A stretch of DNA of 64,000 nucleotides from Trichinella spiralis (lineage: Eukaryota): positions 535,492-599,491 of the forward strand of contig NW_003526945.1 of NCBI RefSeq assembly GCF_000181795.1, written 5' to 3'. The position numbers and the translations under genes are program-made. A model generated the notes under the pieces. The model had not been told where the DNA came from and made no database searches. It was given only the letters and a program-made list of their open reading frames with translations. Of this stretch, positions 52,496-64,000 are shown piece after piece; position 1 is the stretch's first letter; each line of letters begins with the position of its first letter.

Positions 52496-52526
52496 ATGTA
52501 TATCAATTGAATTTATCCAACTGGTT

Positions 52527-52564
<38 letters not shown>
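52453..52564. repeat. Compound microsatellite (TA)n(TG)n and (GACA)n
   Basis: Directly visible runs. Confidence 0.9.
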
Positions 52565-52565
<1 letters not shown>

Positions 52566-53335
52566 GAGAAAGAGTTAGAGAACAACTGACACCATTTTTA
52601 ACTGAATCTGCATTTGAAAAATCTAATCAAGCATAGTGCAATTAATCTCAAATCTACTTGCAGCCAAAACAGAAACAAGAAAAAAAAGAAATGCAGTTTT
52701 TAGCGGATGATAAATTTCGCAAGAAATTGCAAAAACACCAAGCGCGCGCAAAGCATGGCAGCCTTTTGCAAGCTTCATCTTGGGGATGATGGTCAAAAGC
52801 TAGCTAGCTGGGTTCTCGATTAGACGCGCCAACCAGATGGCTTTAACGATCATAGCGAACAACGAGTCGTGTTTACGAACAATATAAATGGCACATGCTT
52901 GAAAACATGTCGACAAGCTGTTTCGATGGCACAAATCACACTAATCTTGATCTACACGCAGCAAACCCTATTTCACACCAGGGAAAGATGTAAGCGATTT
53001 TTCTGTGTCCGGGACTAATTCCTCCCGCAGGGTTAATCTCCGCATATCCCCTCCCCACTCCCCTATTTCGTGTCGATCATGGTTTGTTTAAACTCATTCA
53101 CAACAGGTGGTTGATTATTATAGCATCAGATTTATTAAAACTACAACTTTCAAAAGCAACAATTTAAAAATTCTCACTGCTTATTTTCATGTGTGCGCGT
53201 GTTTCTTCTTTTCTCAAATCGACGGGCTTTGAACAAAATAAAAAAATATAACAATGCTGAGTTGGAAAAAAGAATTTTTCCAAAGCATGCCTCGAAAAAT
53301 GAAAACACCTCATACACACCCCATTTGCCAAATGG

Positions 53336-53367
<32 letters not shown>

Positions 53368-55124
53368 GTAATAATGGAGATGGTTCGATTAGTTGACCCG
53401 CACCCACCGGCGTTGGAACCAGAGCACAAAAGCAGCAAAAATGACCGCTGAACAAAAATAAAAAGTCAAGGGCACGCGGAATGCTGAAAGCATACACAAA
53501 AGTGAAAAGCAGCCACGCAGAAAATTAGCTGTTAACGAAACTGAAACATACTGGCCTGCTTTAGAAAATCGGCTTTATTTCTTATTTTCTGTTTTTTTGT
53601 CGAGGGAGGGGGGAAGGCCAAGAATGAAAATACTTGACATTCAGTTTTGATAGGTTCATTGGAAAGCACCATTATTGATTGTACTCTTAATTATTTAGTA
53701 TTGTTTTTCAAGAAACTTGAAAGACTTGTTCAAAAAAAAATACCGTATTTCTATTTCATATACGTTTTTCTAAAAATTATAATAAGATGGATTTGTTCAG
53801 AGCGGTGAAATAAACATGTTAAATGGAAAATAATTTAATTGAATACAGATCAAAGGAAAGAAGCAGATGTGACATGCAATTTGTTGAATTGATCTTATCA
53901 AAGTCGGAACATTTTCACAACCGCCTTATCAGATAAATTACACGCATTTAAAATTGCAAAAAATCAAAACAGATACTAATTGAAAAGTTTTGACAATTGA
54001 CAATTAAACCAAATATTTAAATTCGATCGTATACTTTATCAAACAAAAATGAAACATTAAACGTAAAAATTTTAAACTTTTTTTTACGCAACAGCATAAA
54101 AAGTAATAAAAGAAAAAACATATATTTTCTTGATGTTCAATAGCTTATAACTTACTTGAAACATTATTGCACATGTTGAAGACAGTTTTTTTATCGTTTG
54201 AAAATAATAATACACACTGTCTAGATGTGGGAGAAGTGGGCTGACGTTCGACACATCTTATTGAAATACAAAATTCTACAGTATGGAATTTCGTTATATC
54301 ACAGATGAACTGTAAACGAGGAAATAAAAATACAAACGATGTGATGAAATAGGGGGAAAAAAACATGAAACAAACTAAATGAACACGAGCAACACCAACA
54401 ACAGCTACAAGTGCAAATAACAAAATGTGGATGAATCAGTCTCTGTGATATTATATTGTGCTGTATTGCGTGTCAATAAAAACAAGTGGATTGGATGTAG
54501 ATGCAGCTAGCTAGCTAGCTAGCCAGTCAAACAGGTCAAAGTTTTCAACACGTACGTAGTATTCATTGGATAAATAAAATATTTCTGATCAACGAGAGCT
54601 TACTTGAAGTGGGATAGATATTTTCACTGACCAAAGTGGCAAAAGGTCGCAAACAGGAAGCGGCTTTTTCTCACTGGCAAAGAAAAACCGAACCGAATTG
54701 AACGCAACCAACAATCAGCCTTCTCCCCCCCCCCCCCCTTCCCTGTATCCAACAGAGATGACAAATCACATGCCGCCGGATACATTAATCCCTCTTCCTG
54801 CTTCGGTTTCTTCAAAACAACAATTTTGACAGATAAAATGAGGCTGTGTCAATATCCGCCCTATTGAATAATCATTCGCTTTTCAAGTAGTCAGTGGCGG
54901 TAAAGGATAATATCAAACAAGGGTCGGGTCATATCTGCTATTACAAAAAGAAGACAAAGAAAAAAGCCTGGTCGTAGAATTTCTTGTCGATTGGTAATTT
55001 CCACTGAATTTACCTAATGAATGAAGCTGCTGCTTTTATATTGGCGAGCAAGTTTGTCAAGGTTAACAGAACAAGCTGCTAAAAATGTGCCGCCAGACAG
55101 TTCACAACTTGATCAAACACACAC

Positions 55125-55177
<53 letters not shown>

Positions 55178-58100
55178 AATGCATAAAAGATGCAAAGACA
55201 AAATTAATTGTCTGCTTTTCAATTATTTGCTTCAAGCTTGAGAAAGCAGCTTTGATCCAACGCGCCAAGTCGACTTGCAACAAAGTTCGGCGGCTTTGAT
55301 GATAAAGAATTGAACACTTGTCAACGGCAAGCATCTGTTCATTATTTGTATACTGAGTGCTTTTTGTTAGCATTTTTTTTCTTTTGAAAACAGAAAAGAA
55401 AATATCTTTTAATGCAAATTTTTCATTTCATTCAACTCTACTGTTCGGGGAACAATTACGAGATGAAGACAAAACAAAGAAAAACCATTGATCTACACTT
55501 TACAGATTTAAAATAATTGATCATTGTTAATGTATGTTTTTTTCCCCCAAATGCTTCATTTGTATATATTTCAACAACAGTTGAACAAGGAATAAGTTAC
55601 TATTTCTCTTTTTTATATTGAATAGAAATTTGAATTCAAATCGACAATTGGAATTATTCAGATGAAAACAAATGAATCAATCGACTGGTACAGATAGTGT
55701 TCTTGTGGATTAATTATAATTTGAACAGAAGATTTTGATTAGTGTTATACTTTTTACAATATACCCAACAATATTATCTTGTGAGAACAAGAAAAGATTT
55801 AAATATGTAAAAAGGGAAAATTGAAAGCAAGTGAATTTTTAAAAAGACAAAAAAAAATCAAAGTTCACTTACCAAACAGTTTTTTCATACTTTCAATAAT
55901 GGATGATGATGATGATGATATTGATGATGTCCTGCTTTGAACTGCCAAAACAGACGACAAGCTGTGTATTAATGTAAAGAAGCCTCTTCAGATGGTGATG
56001 ATGAAAGTTTGACAAAATTTGGATCCAATTTTTGAACACTTCCAAGCAATAGAAGCAGAATTGTTGAAACCAGTTTGGAAAACAACAGCTTCAGCGACAT
56101 TAAATGGTCCCATGGTGGAATAGATTTGATCAGAAGAGGAGAGAGAAAAAGAGAATATGCTCGTGTAAAGCGAACGCTTTTCACATGTCCAACAAGGAGT
56201 ACGCGTGTCAGTTTTGTAGGCTCATCTGGAAACTTTTCATTCTGTTCGCTATTCAATCAGCCATCATCGATCGCATCGTAAAAAATATGCAACTAACAAC
56301 AGAAAAAAAACCATACCGTTGTTCTATTCTCTACTGAGTATTAGGAAACATTTTTACAAAAGGAAAAAAAATAATGTGGAAACAATCCGCTTCATGTGTT
56401 AAGCTTTTGCGTATAATATAATAATGTTTCGTTTTTGTTCAATGTGACATCATTTTGTAGTGAGAAAATGCGGAAACTGTTGCTAGAGCAGTGTGATGAT
56501 GATGATTCATTTGAACGCTTCGGTAAGTTGACCATGCCTGGTAGTACATGTGGGAGTAGATGAGATCAATATATCCGAATATTTTTTGACAACGTGACGC
56601 ACAAAATTTCAAATACTGAAATGAATAATCAGTGGAAATAAATGAAATCGATGATTAACAAAAATTTCCCCCTCATGCTCTTTCTTTCTCATTGATCAAT
56701 ACATACAATCAACCCTTGTTCGTTAACCCACCAACAATATTATTTATCATTAATTATTATTCCATTTTTCCTTGTTTTCTCAGGTGAACAATTTCAACAG
56801 AAAGTTCTTCATCTTAAATTTTTTCTTCTTCTTCTTCTTCTTAATTTTTTCCACCATGAAAATATGCTTACAAACAAGGGGTTTGAAATTTCATCCAGTC
56901 TAGAAAAATATTTTAAACTGTCCCAGTTGTTACGCTTTTTGTCACACGCAGTTTTAAATACGCTTGTAAAGGACGGACAATTTTCATACGTTCTCCATTG
57001 GCACTTTGTGAAAACCAGTGCCACAAAAATTGACCAGCCTTGACAAGACGGTTATCTCTGGAGAGACAGAGGCAGAAAGCACTTTGACATCTAGTAAAAA
57101 GGCTGTCCAGATGGCAACAGGAAAGCATGAATCAATTGGAACAAAATTCGTTTCTTCTCAACAAATAAATTACTTTTCTATTGAAATTTCGCTTTGCCAT
57201 TTTCAATCAATATGCACATTACTACAACTTCACATTCGAGAAAAAAAGTATAACAATTTATATTAATAATATCTGAAAATTTATCATTAAAATAGTAAAC
57301 TTTTTGTCCAATTTATACGCGTTGTTGTCAACAAACAATCTCCTCTATAGTAAGGTAGAGGTTTCTTTGGTAAAATACACATACACACAGTACAATATAA
57401 CACAATATGCTTACCATGCCCTTTGCTCGAATGCGAGCATTGTCTACGCTACAAGATGCAACGGGTATTGTTTTCCAAAAAAAAAAGAAAACTAATGCCA
57501 GCAGCTATTGTAGATGAACCACTTTGTGTTGTTTACTAAACAGGCCTACCGCAGTTTTGGTAAACTAGTTGAAACCCTGCATTGCAATATACTGTAAGTA
57601 ACTGTACTTTCTACAATAACAATAGCACACACTGTAAAAAGCAGAAAAACTAACCTGTTTCAAAAAATTAACACCATTGGAAAAAAAAAATTTTTTCACA
57701 CGTACATACGCGTGCGAGGAAATCTTCTCGATGATAATTATTCTCTTTGTTCATCGTTCGAGAAAATTAAAATCCTATCAACTGAATGAATGCACGGAAA
57801 GAAATAGGCTAATTTACAAGGGAAAAAAAATGCGCAGCTGCTGCTTCTGAGGCTTCCGCCTGCAATCGGTGTTCTACGCTAATTTGCAGCTAAAAATAAA
57901 AACAATCAGACTCTCATTTGAAATGAACTGCAACAGTACTGATTTAGATTGCATCAAAGCATACGTACGTATATACTTAAATGCAATTTTCGTTTTATAT
58001 TAAAAAGGTTTGATTTCTGCAATAATCTATTATTTCAAGCAGAGCATAAATTTCATGAACAACTTATTCACAAGGTCGTTCGACCGTATGAGAAAAATCC

Positions 58101-58850
58101 ACTTATAAAAATTGACATTGAAATTTTATTAACTATTATGATGATAGTGCAATTTCATTCGTAGAAATCGAATAAGCAACAGAATCATTATCAATTGACA
58201 TTGAAAATTAATCAGTCGTAAAAAGCAATAATATGTATGAAAAATACATTTAAAATGTATAACATTTTCAACATCTGCCTCTTGGAAAAACGAGTCAGAA
58301 TTGATCACAGTGTTCAACCATGTCTTTAGCATGCATGAACATCATATGCATGCATGCATTCAGGGCACGATCAATTATTATATTATGATTTTGTTCATTA
58401 ATAATAAACAACATGGAAATAAAATGAAGAAAATGATTCAAATCAGTAATCCCATTTGTAAAATTGACAAGATTGTTTGAAAATTATTTTTATAAAAACC
58501 ATAATTTTTATTCTGAAAACTGAAAATCTGGATAATGGAACAACAATTAATTATATGAAAGTATCATTTTCACGCACAGATGATATTGGATAAAATATAG
58601 ATATTTGCAAAATGAACAAATGTATAAACATTTTCAAATTTGATTATTTAAAATATATGCATAGAATAACATACCTTATACATACATATCATATTTATAT
58701 ATAGGCAGCAGCGGTAATCGAATTCTTGAAACTAGCTTAATAACAATAAACATGTGTTAAAAATGGAACTATGGACCTTTGTAATTTGCAACTGTAACGT
58801 AACTTGCAATTGCCATAAAAATGATGTTACTTTCATATTTATAACAACTT

Positions 58851-61800
58851 TTACACATCACCAGTCCCAGTGGAAGAAAATTGTGATAAAATTTTAACAG
58901 GTTGCAAATCGCGTCGTTGTGAAGCACGGCGTATCACGCCGTGGGTCTGATGGTTTGCAGAAACATCTTGACGCATAGGTTCCATTGGTTTTCTGTTCGG
59001 TGTACGCATTTTCCAAACCACCAACGAAGACTCTTTCGCCTTCTTCGACGGATACTGTAATACAGTAGACGTAGTCCAATAAAAATCCCTTTAATTACAA
59101 AAACAAAAAACCAACATCTCGAAACAAATACCTTGGTACTGGCAATGTAGGCAGATTTTACTGTCAACACGACCGCATTAAGCAGATTTTTGGCCGCCTG
59201 AATAAGCGACGTAGCCGATTCCAAAGCGCTCGCAATGAGCTCATTGCCGACCTGTTGAACGTCGGCTTTCACCTTGGAAGTGATGTTCAACTGGTGACAA
59301 TAGAGGGTAATGCGTTGCAAGTATGCGAGCAAATCTTTCTTTGTTTCCGATTCCACGCACTGACATTCACAAAAGTGGAAAAAGAAAAATAAATACAAGA
59401 TCAAGTTTTGCAACAAGTGGAAGAAAGAAAAATTACCTCATCTGCAATTCGTGTTGCCAAAGCATTCAACTTGGATCCGGCTTCGGAAATTTTTTTAGCA
59501 GCGTTGATCACATCCATTGTATTTTTCAACGGGCCACGTCCTCTGCAAAACAAACCAGCAGATTAAAATCAAACACCACCACCAACAACAACAACCAAAT
59601 TATTATTATTTAAATGGTCGACTTTTCGTTTAAGAGCGTTAAAACAAGACAACAAGAGACAAAAAAAAATACCTCGTAAAATCAGTCATCTGCAACATGA
59701 TACAGCACATGTATTTAGCCAGAACAACAATGTCGTTGCCAGTTTCGTCCCATTTGGCAACTTCCCGTTCGAATTTGTGCTGTACAACTTTGAAAACGTC
59801 AATCTGCTCTTGGATTTTCTTCTTATCCTCCTCAGGCAACTGGCGCATCAAATCCCGTCGATTATCTTCTTGACGTTTAGCATCGTCGGCTTTTTCAACA
59901 ACACTTGTGGTCTCTTTGTCATATTCGTACTCTTCGTCTGAATCGATATCACCAGGATCCCGGTTCATCAGCACCGCATGCCGAATATCCTGCACCGCGC
60001 GATGCACCAAACCGCACACGTCGATCAACTCGTCCACGTCAACTTGACCGGCTGGTTTGCGGTTCAACTTCTCCACCGCTGCTTCAGCTTTTCGTGCAAA
60101 TTGTGGAATTGCTAAAAGCCCCAATATGCGAATAAAAATATTGAAAATGCCACAACATACCAGTGTTTCTTAATACTAGAACAGCTTTTTTGACATTTTC
60201 ACAATATAAATCCTGAGGTCGGAATTCCATGTCGGCATCAACCACTTGGCAAACTCGCAACGACCGTCCTCGAATCGCACCTGCACTGTGATCCAGCAAA
60301 TTCAAATCTTTTTGCACTACCGCCTGCGTTGAAATGTTTTTTTTTTGAAAATGCAAATTCAATTATACCAAATCACAACAACAGAACAAACGCTCACTTG
60401 GATGCAATTTTTAACGTCTTCAACAATATGGGCCTCGGAGACGGCCAGAAAATCGTCCAGTGTGATGATGGAATCGACAGCCAGCGTCAACAAGTGGACA
60501 CGCTCTTCCCAAGCTTCACGAAATGCCTGCATGTTCTCCAAGGCCGGCTTGCTCTTGTGCCTGGCGGCAAGGAGACGAGCCGCGTTCACAACTTGGGCAG
60601 CCAGCTTTTGTACTTGCATTCCCGCGTAGCGGACCATCTTGATTCCGTCGCCTTCGGCCGACATTGTGCAAGTCAAATTCGCTACCTGGAAATTCAAGCA
60701 ACACAAACAGAAACGATTGTTGTTGTTGTTGTTGTTGGATTAATTTTTCACTTTTTACAAACAAACAAACAAAACAACCTCAACAAGCTTGTTGGCGTGG
60801 TCTAAAAAACTGACCGCGTGCTGTTCGGTAGCAGTGCGGTCGCCTTTCGAAGCCGAATCAATCATCAACAGCAACGGAATTTGAGTGTCCAAAAAACAGT
60901 CGGACACGTGGTCAATAACGGCCCGTCGCAAATGGCGCCTTAAATCACGCGTCTTACGACCAACATTGACCAACGCCATATCCAACGTTTCCAATTCTTC
61001 CTTGCGTCCAACCTGCGTTGATTTGGAAGGGAAAAGGAAAAAAAAATGCAACCACAAAAATGACATAATTAAAAATAAATGCGCATACATTTTTCTCGTA
61101 TTCCGTCAGTAAATCTTGCAACGCTTGGCGCACCGCGTTGCATTCTTGTACAATTCGATTTTTACGCTCGTCTCTGGTATTAGCACTGTCGGCAATGGCA
61201 GCTGCACCACTGATGATCGCTTCGAGCTGTGCTTCCAGAGCTGGGCGCATCACTTTGCCATTGTAACTGATCGGATCGACAAAAACACGCTGCTAAAAAA
61301 CCGACAAACAAAAATGTAATACGAAAGATGTTTGTAACATCTAATAATATATATACGTCGAATTCATTCAGAGCGGAAATTAGTTGACCAAGCTGAGCCG
61401 GTGGGACAGAGCTGTCCAAGTTGGGCTCATTTCCATTCAACAACTGCTCAATGTTGGCCAGAGCGGTGTTCATTTGGTTGAACGTAAATTCACGATTATG
61501 CCTAGCCGGGTCCACTTCCGGGTGACGAACGAACGCCTTGCAAGCACTGTGCAACATCGGGCAAGTTGTCTTTAGCACAGCACGAGCTGCCTGCAACAAT
61601 AAAATAAATTACATTCCACTTTGACCGATACACATTTGCATAACGACGAAACACGAATCCAGCAAATGAACAATACTTGAATGCAATCGCTGTGCCAGGG
61701 ATCTTTCAAATCGGCAGCTCGTCGACCTGCATCACGATCTAACTGATCAATTTTTTTCTGCAAATCACGAAATCGCTCTTGCACTTCTTGGTGACTGTTC

Positions 61801-63319
61801 GCTTTGTACAGCTTGTTCAAAGCCGAATTAGCCCCTTGCATGCTTTCCAAAATCAACTGCAAATCGACCATATCAGCAATGATCAACAGTCTAGTAACGC
61901 TGGACAGCAAGCTCCGAGCAGCTTTGATCATCGCCACGCGCAAAGCAGACGCAGTTGGATCTTTTGAAAACTCGCGCGCCGCTTCTACCATATCCTGTCC
62001 TGCAAGCAAAACTTCCTTTCAATCTCTTTTCCAATTTTCTCAACTTGATCTAATTTTATGCTGTACGAAAAAACAATTATGCCCACATTTATCATTCCCT
62101 ATCAAAAATGCAATTTAAATTGAACAGTTTAAAAAAATTAATTTTTTTCTTCTGATAGCACATTAGAAATCATCAATGATCAGTAACTTTGTTACCAAAC
62201 TCAACAAAGCCATAACAACTCTTAATTTCAAACATTTCTTTTTATGTTCAACTGAAATCCACTTTTACAATCATCAACGTTAATATGATTTAAACATGTT
62301 TGTCCACAAATCAAATATTACAGCATATAATAGAACATATACAAAAGCAAACGTTATTAAAATCACAAAAAGGCCAATCAAACAGTCAGTTGGCCAACTA
62401 GTTTTAAATGATTCTATTTAACGAATGAATCATTAACTTGAATAGGCAAAGTATGAGTAAGAAATTGGTTATTTTCTACTACAAAATAATCCACCTCCTT
62501 TATTCCACTTTTCTTCACCATGTATCTCGTGATGGAAAATTTATGAATTACAAACATATAATAAACTAAAACCTGCAGTGTTGAACATATTTTTCATACT
62601 TTTCAAATTATATTTGTCTACTTTACAATTCTACAGTACGCTTAAAAACACTGAGTGACTAACTCAGTGCTGAGAAACAACAAACACTTCGGTATCACAA
62701 TATATTGAACTACAATTGCAAAAGCAAATTTTCGCAGAATCGATGTGAAAAAAAAGAAAAATTGAAATTAAAAAAAGTAATACCTAATAAAAGAAAAAGC
62801 ACAATATACCAGAATAATATTAAATTACAAGAGATGCAAAATAAAGCGGAAAGTTTGAACAAAGTACCAAATAACTGGGAACGGCAAAAGTATGTTCGTT
62901 TACTTGAATGTAAACTCATAAATATAAATCAATTAGATTCAGCAAAAAACTGAAAACACCACTGGTTAAATAAAAGAAAAACATCTCTTACCGGTAGTTT
63001 TAACTTCGCCCAAAGCATTGCCTAATTGTTCAGATGCTTCAGGATTGTCGTGAATGATTTCGGATCCTTTTTCGACAAACTTTTGTATCGCTTTGTCAAC
63101 GGCTGCAACGAGAATCTGTGCTTTTTGCACACGATCCTTTTTGCGTCTTCCAGTCGGCACCCTATTACTTGCATCATTCCTTGCACACAACGTTGTCACT
63201 TGAGCAACCAGCGGCTGCAGTGTCCGTTCGATGCTTTTCGTTCTTATTTCGTGATTTTCCAAGTTCCATTTCAACGAAACATTGCCTTTAGTATTATTCT
63301 GCAAAACGCTGGACGGCAT
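58851..63319 (-). CDS. hmp-1: Alpha-catenin (HMP-1-like), multi-exon
   Basis: N-terminus EIRTKSIERTLQPLVAQVTTL. Also AARSLLSSVTRLLIIADMVD, RDLRRHLRRAVIDHVSDCFLDT, AVDSIITLDDFLAVSEAHIVED, EVAKWDETGNDIVVLAKYMC, KKDLLAYLQRITLYCHQLNITSKVKADV, SLIQAAKNLLNAVVLTVKSAYIAS and VVWKMRTP. Stop at 58851. Confidence 0.97.
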
Positions 63320-64000
63320 TTCCACTAAATGAGTAATGCTTTCAAATGACAAGCGTTTCAAACGGTCAGCAATAAAAGGTGAACAACATCGCCCACCAAG
63401 GCTGTTCAACCCACGTGACCTTTCTCGTACAGTAACCGATTAAAAACAATCAAGCATTATTTTTCACTGCACTATGGTAAATTATTTTTCTGAATTAAAT
63501 AAAACAACGAAAAAAACTTTTTACTATATAAAATTAATTTCGTTTTTACGATCAAAGCTTCTGTCAGGCAAAAGTTATAAAAATGTAAACATATTATAGA
63601 ATTTCAATCAGCGTAGGTTAAACTCAATGAAACAAAGCTTACTTTCGTTGATATGCTCTCGTAAAACAAAAAATTTCGTTACAAAATACTGACGTTGCGG
63701 GAAACAATTAGACAAAAGTCATGACTTGATATAACGACTATGCACTGTACACTTAATGTAGAATTGGCATTCCAGAATTTCTAACCTTTTGACTGTTTTA
63801 TAACAATTTTGTTGTTCTCAGATTGAGGAAAGTAAGAGAATGAAATTACTATAAAAAAATAAAAAAAAACAATACAATACAATACAGATACAGTGCAATG
63901 CAGTACAAACATAATATAATACAATAAACCACTTGAATGGTCGCATTATCCTTTATCTTACCGAATTTTTATGCTTTCAGTTTATATTGCATTTAAGGTT

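Noticed and set aside
59905..62118. Plus-strand ORFs overlapping alpha-catenin
   Set aside because: Antisense shadows of GC-richer coding exons.

Overview
This is AT-rich eukaryotic genomic DNA with very short GT-AG introns and TTTCAG/TTTTAG acceptors. It is most consistent with a nematode draft assembly; a Trichinella-like clade I species is my inference from gene style and is not proven. The first ~16 kb is a gap-ridden repeat and transposon graveyard. It holds two 948-bp TTAA-flanked non-autonomous piggyBac elements, a third piggyBac left end fused to a decayed Ty1/copia RT, hAT dimerisation-domain remnants, local duplications, a MITE-like inverted repeat and a structured GC-rich island. 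From 17 kb onward there are seven spliced genes: a 130-aa protein consisting of a POU-specific domain with no homeodomain (+), MARCH6/Doa10 E3 ligase (-), PPIP5K/Vip1 (+), kappaB-Ras/NKIRAS (+), a tandem MATH-like coiled-coil protein (+), transmembrane semaphorin-1 (-) with ~14.6 kb of non-coding upstream DNA, and alpha-catenin (-). The most notable observation is the stand-alone, intact-looking POU-specific-domain gene, whose DNA-contact residues are replaced. Also notable are two GC-AG introns with the same atypical GCAATA donor and a possible PPIP5K-NKIRAS operon. No tRNA, rRNA or CRISPR was seen. Exon boundaries were read by eye.
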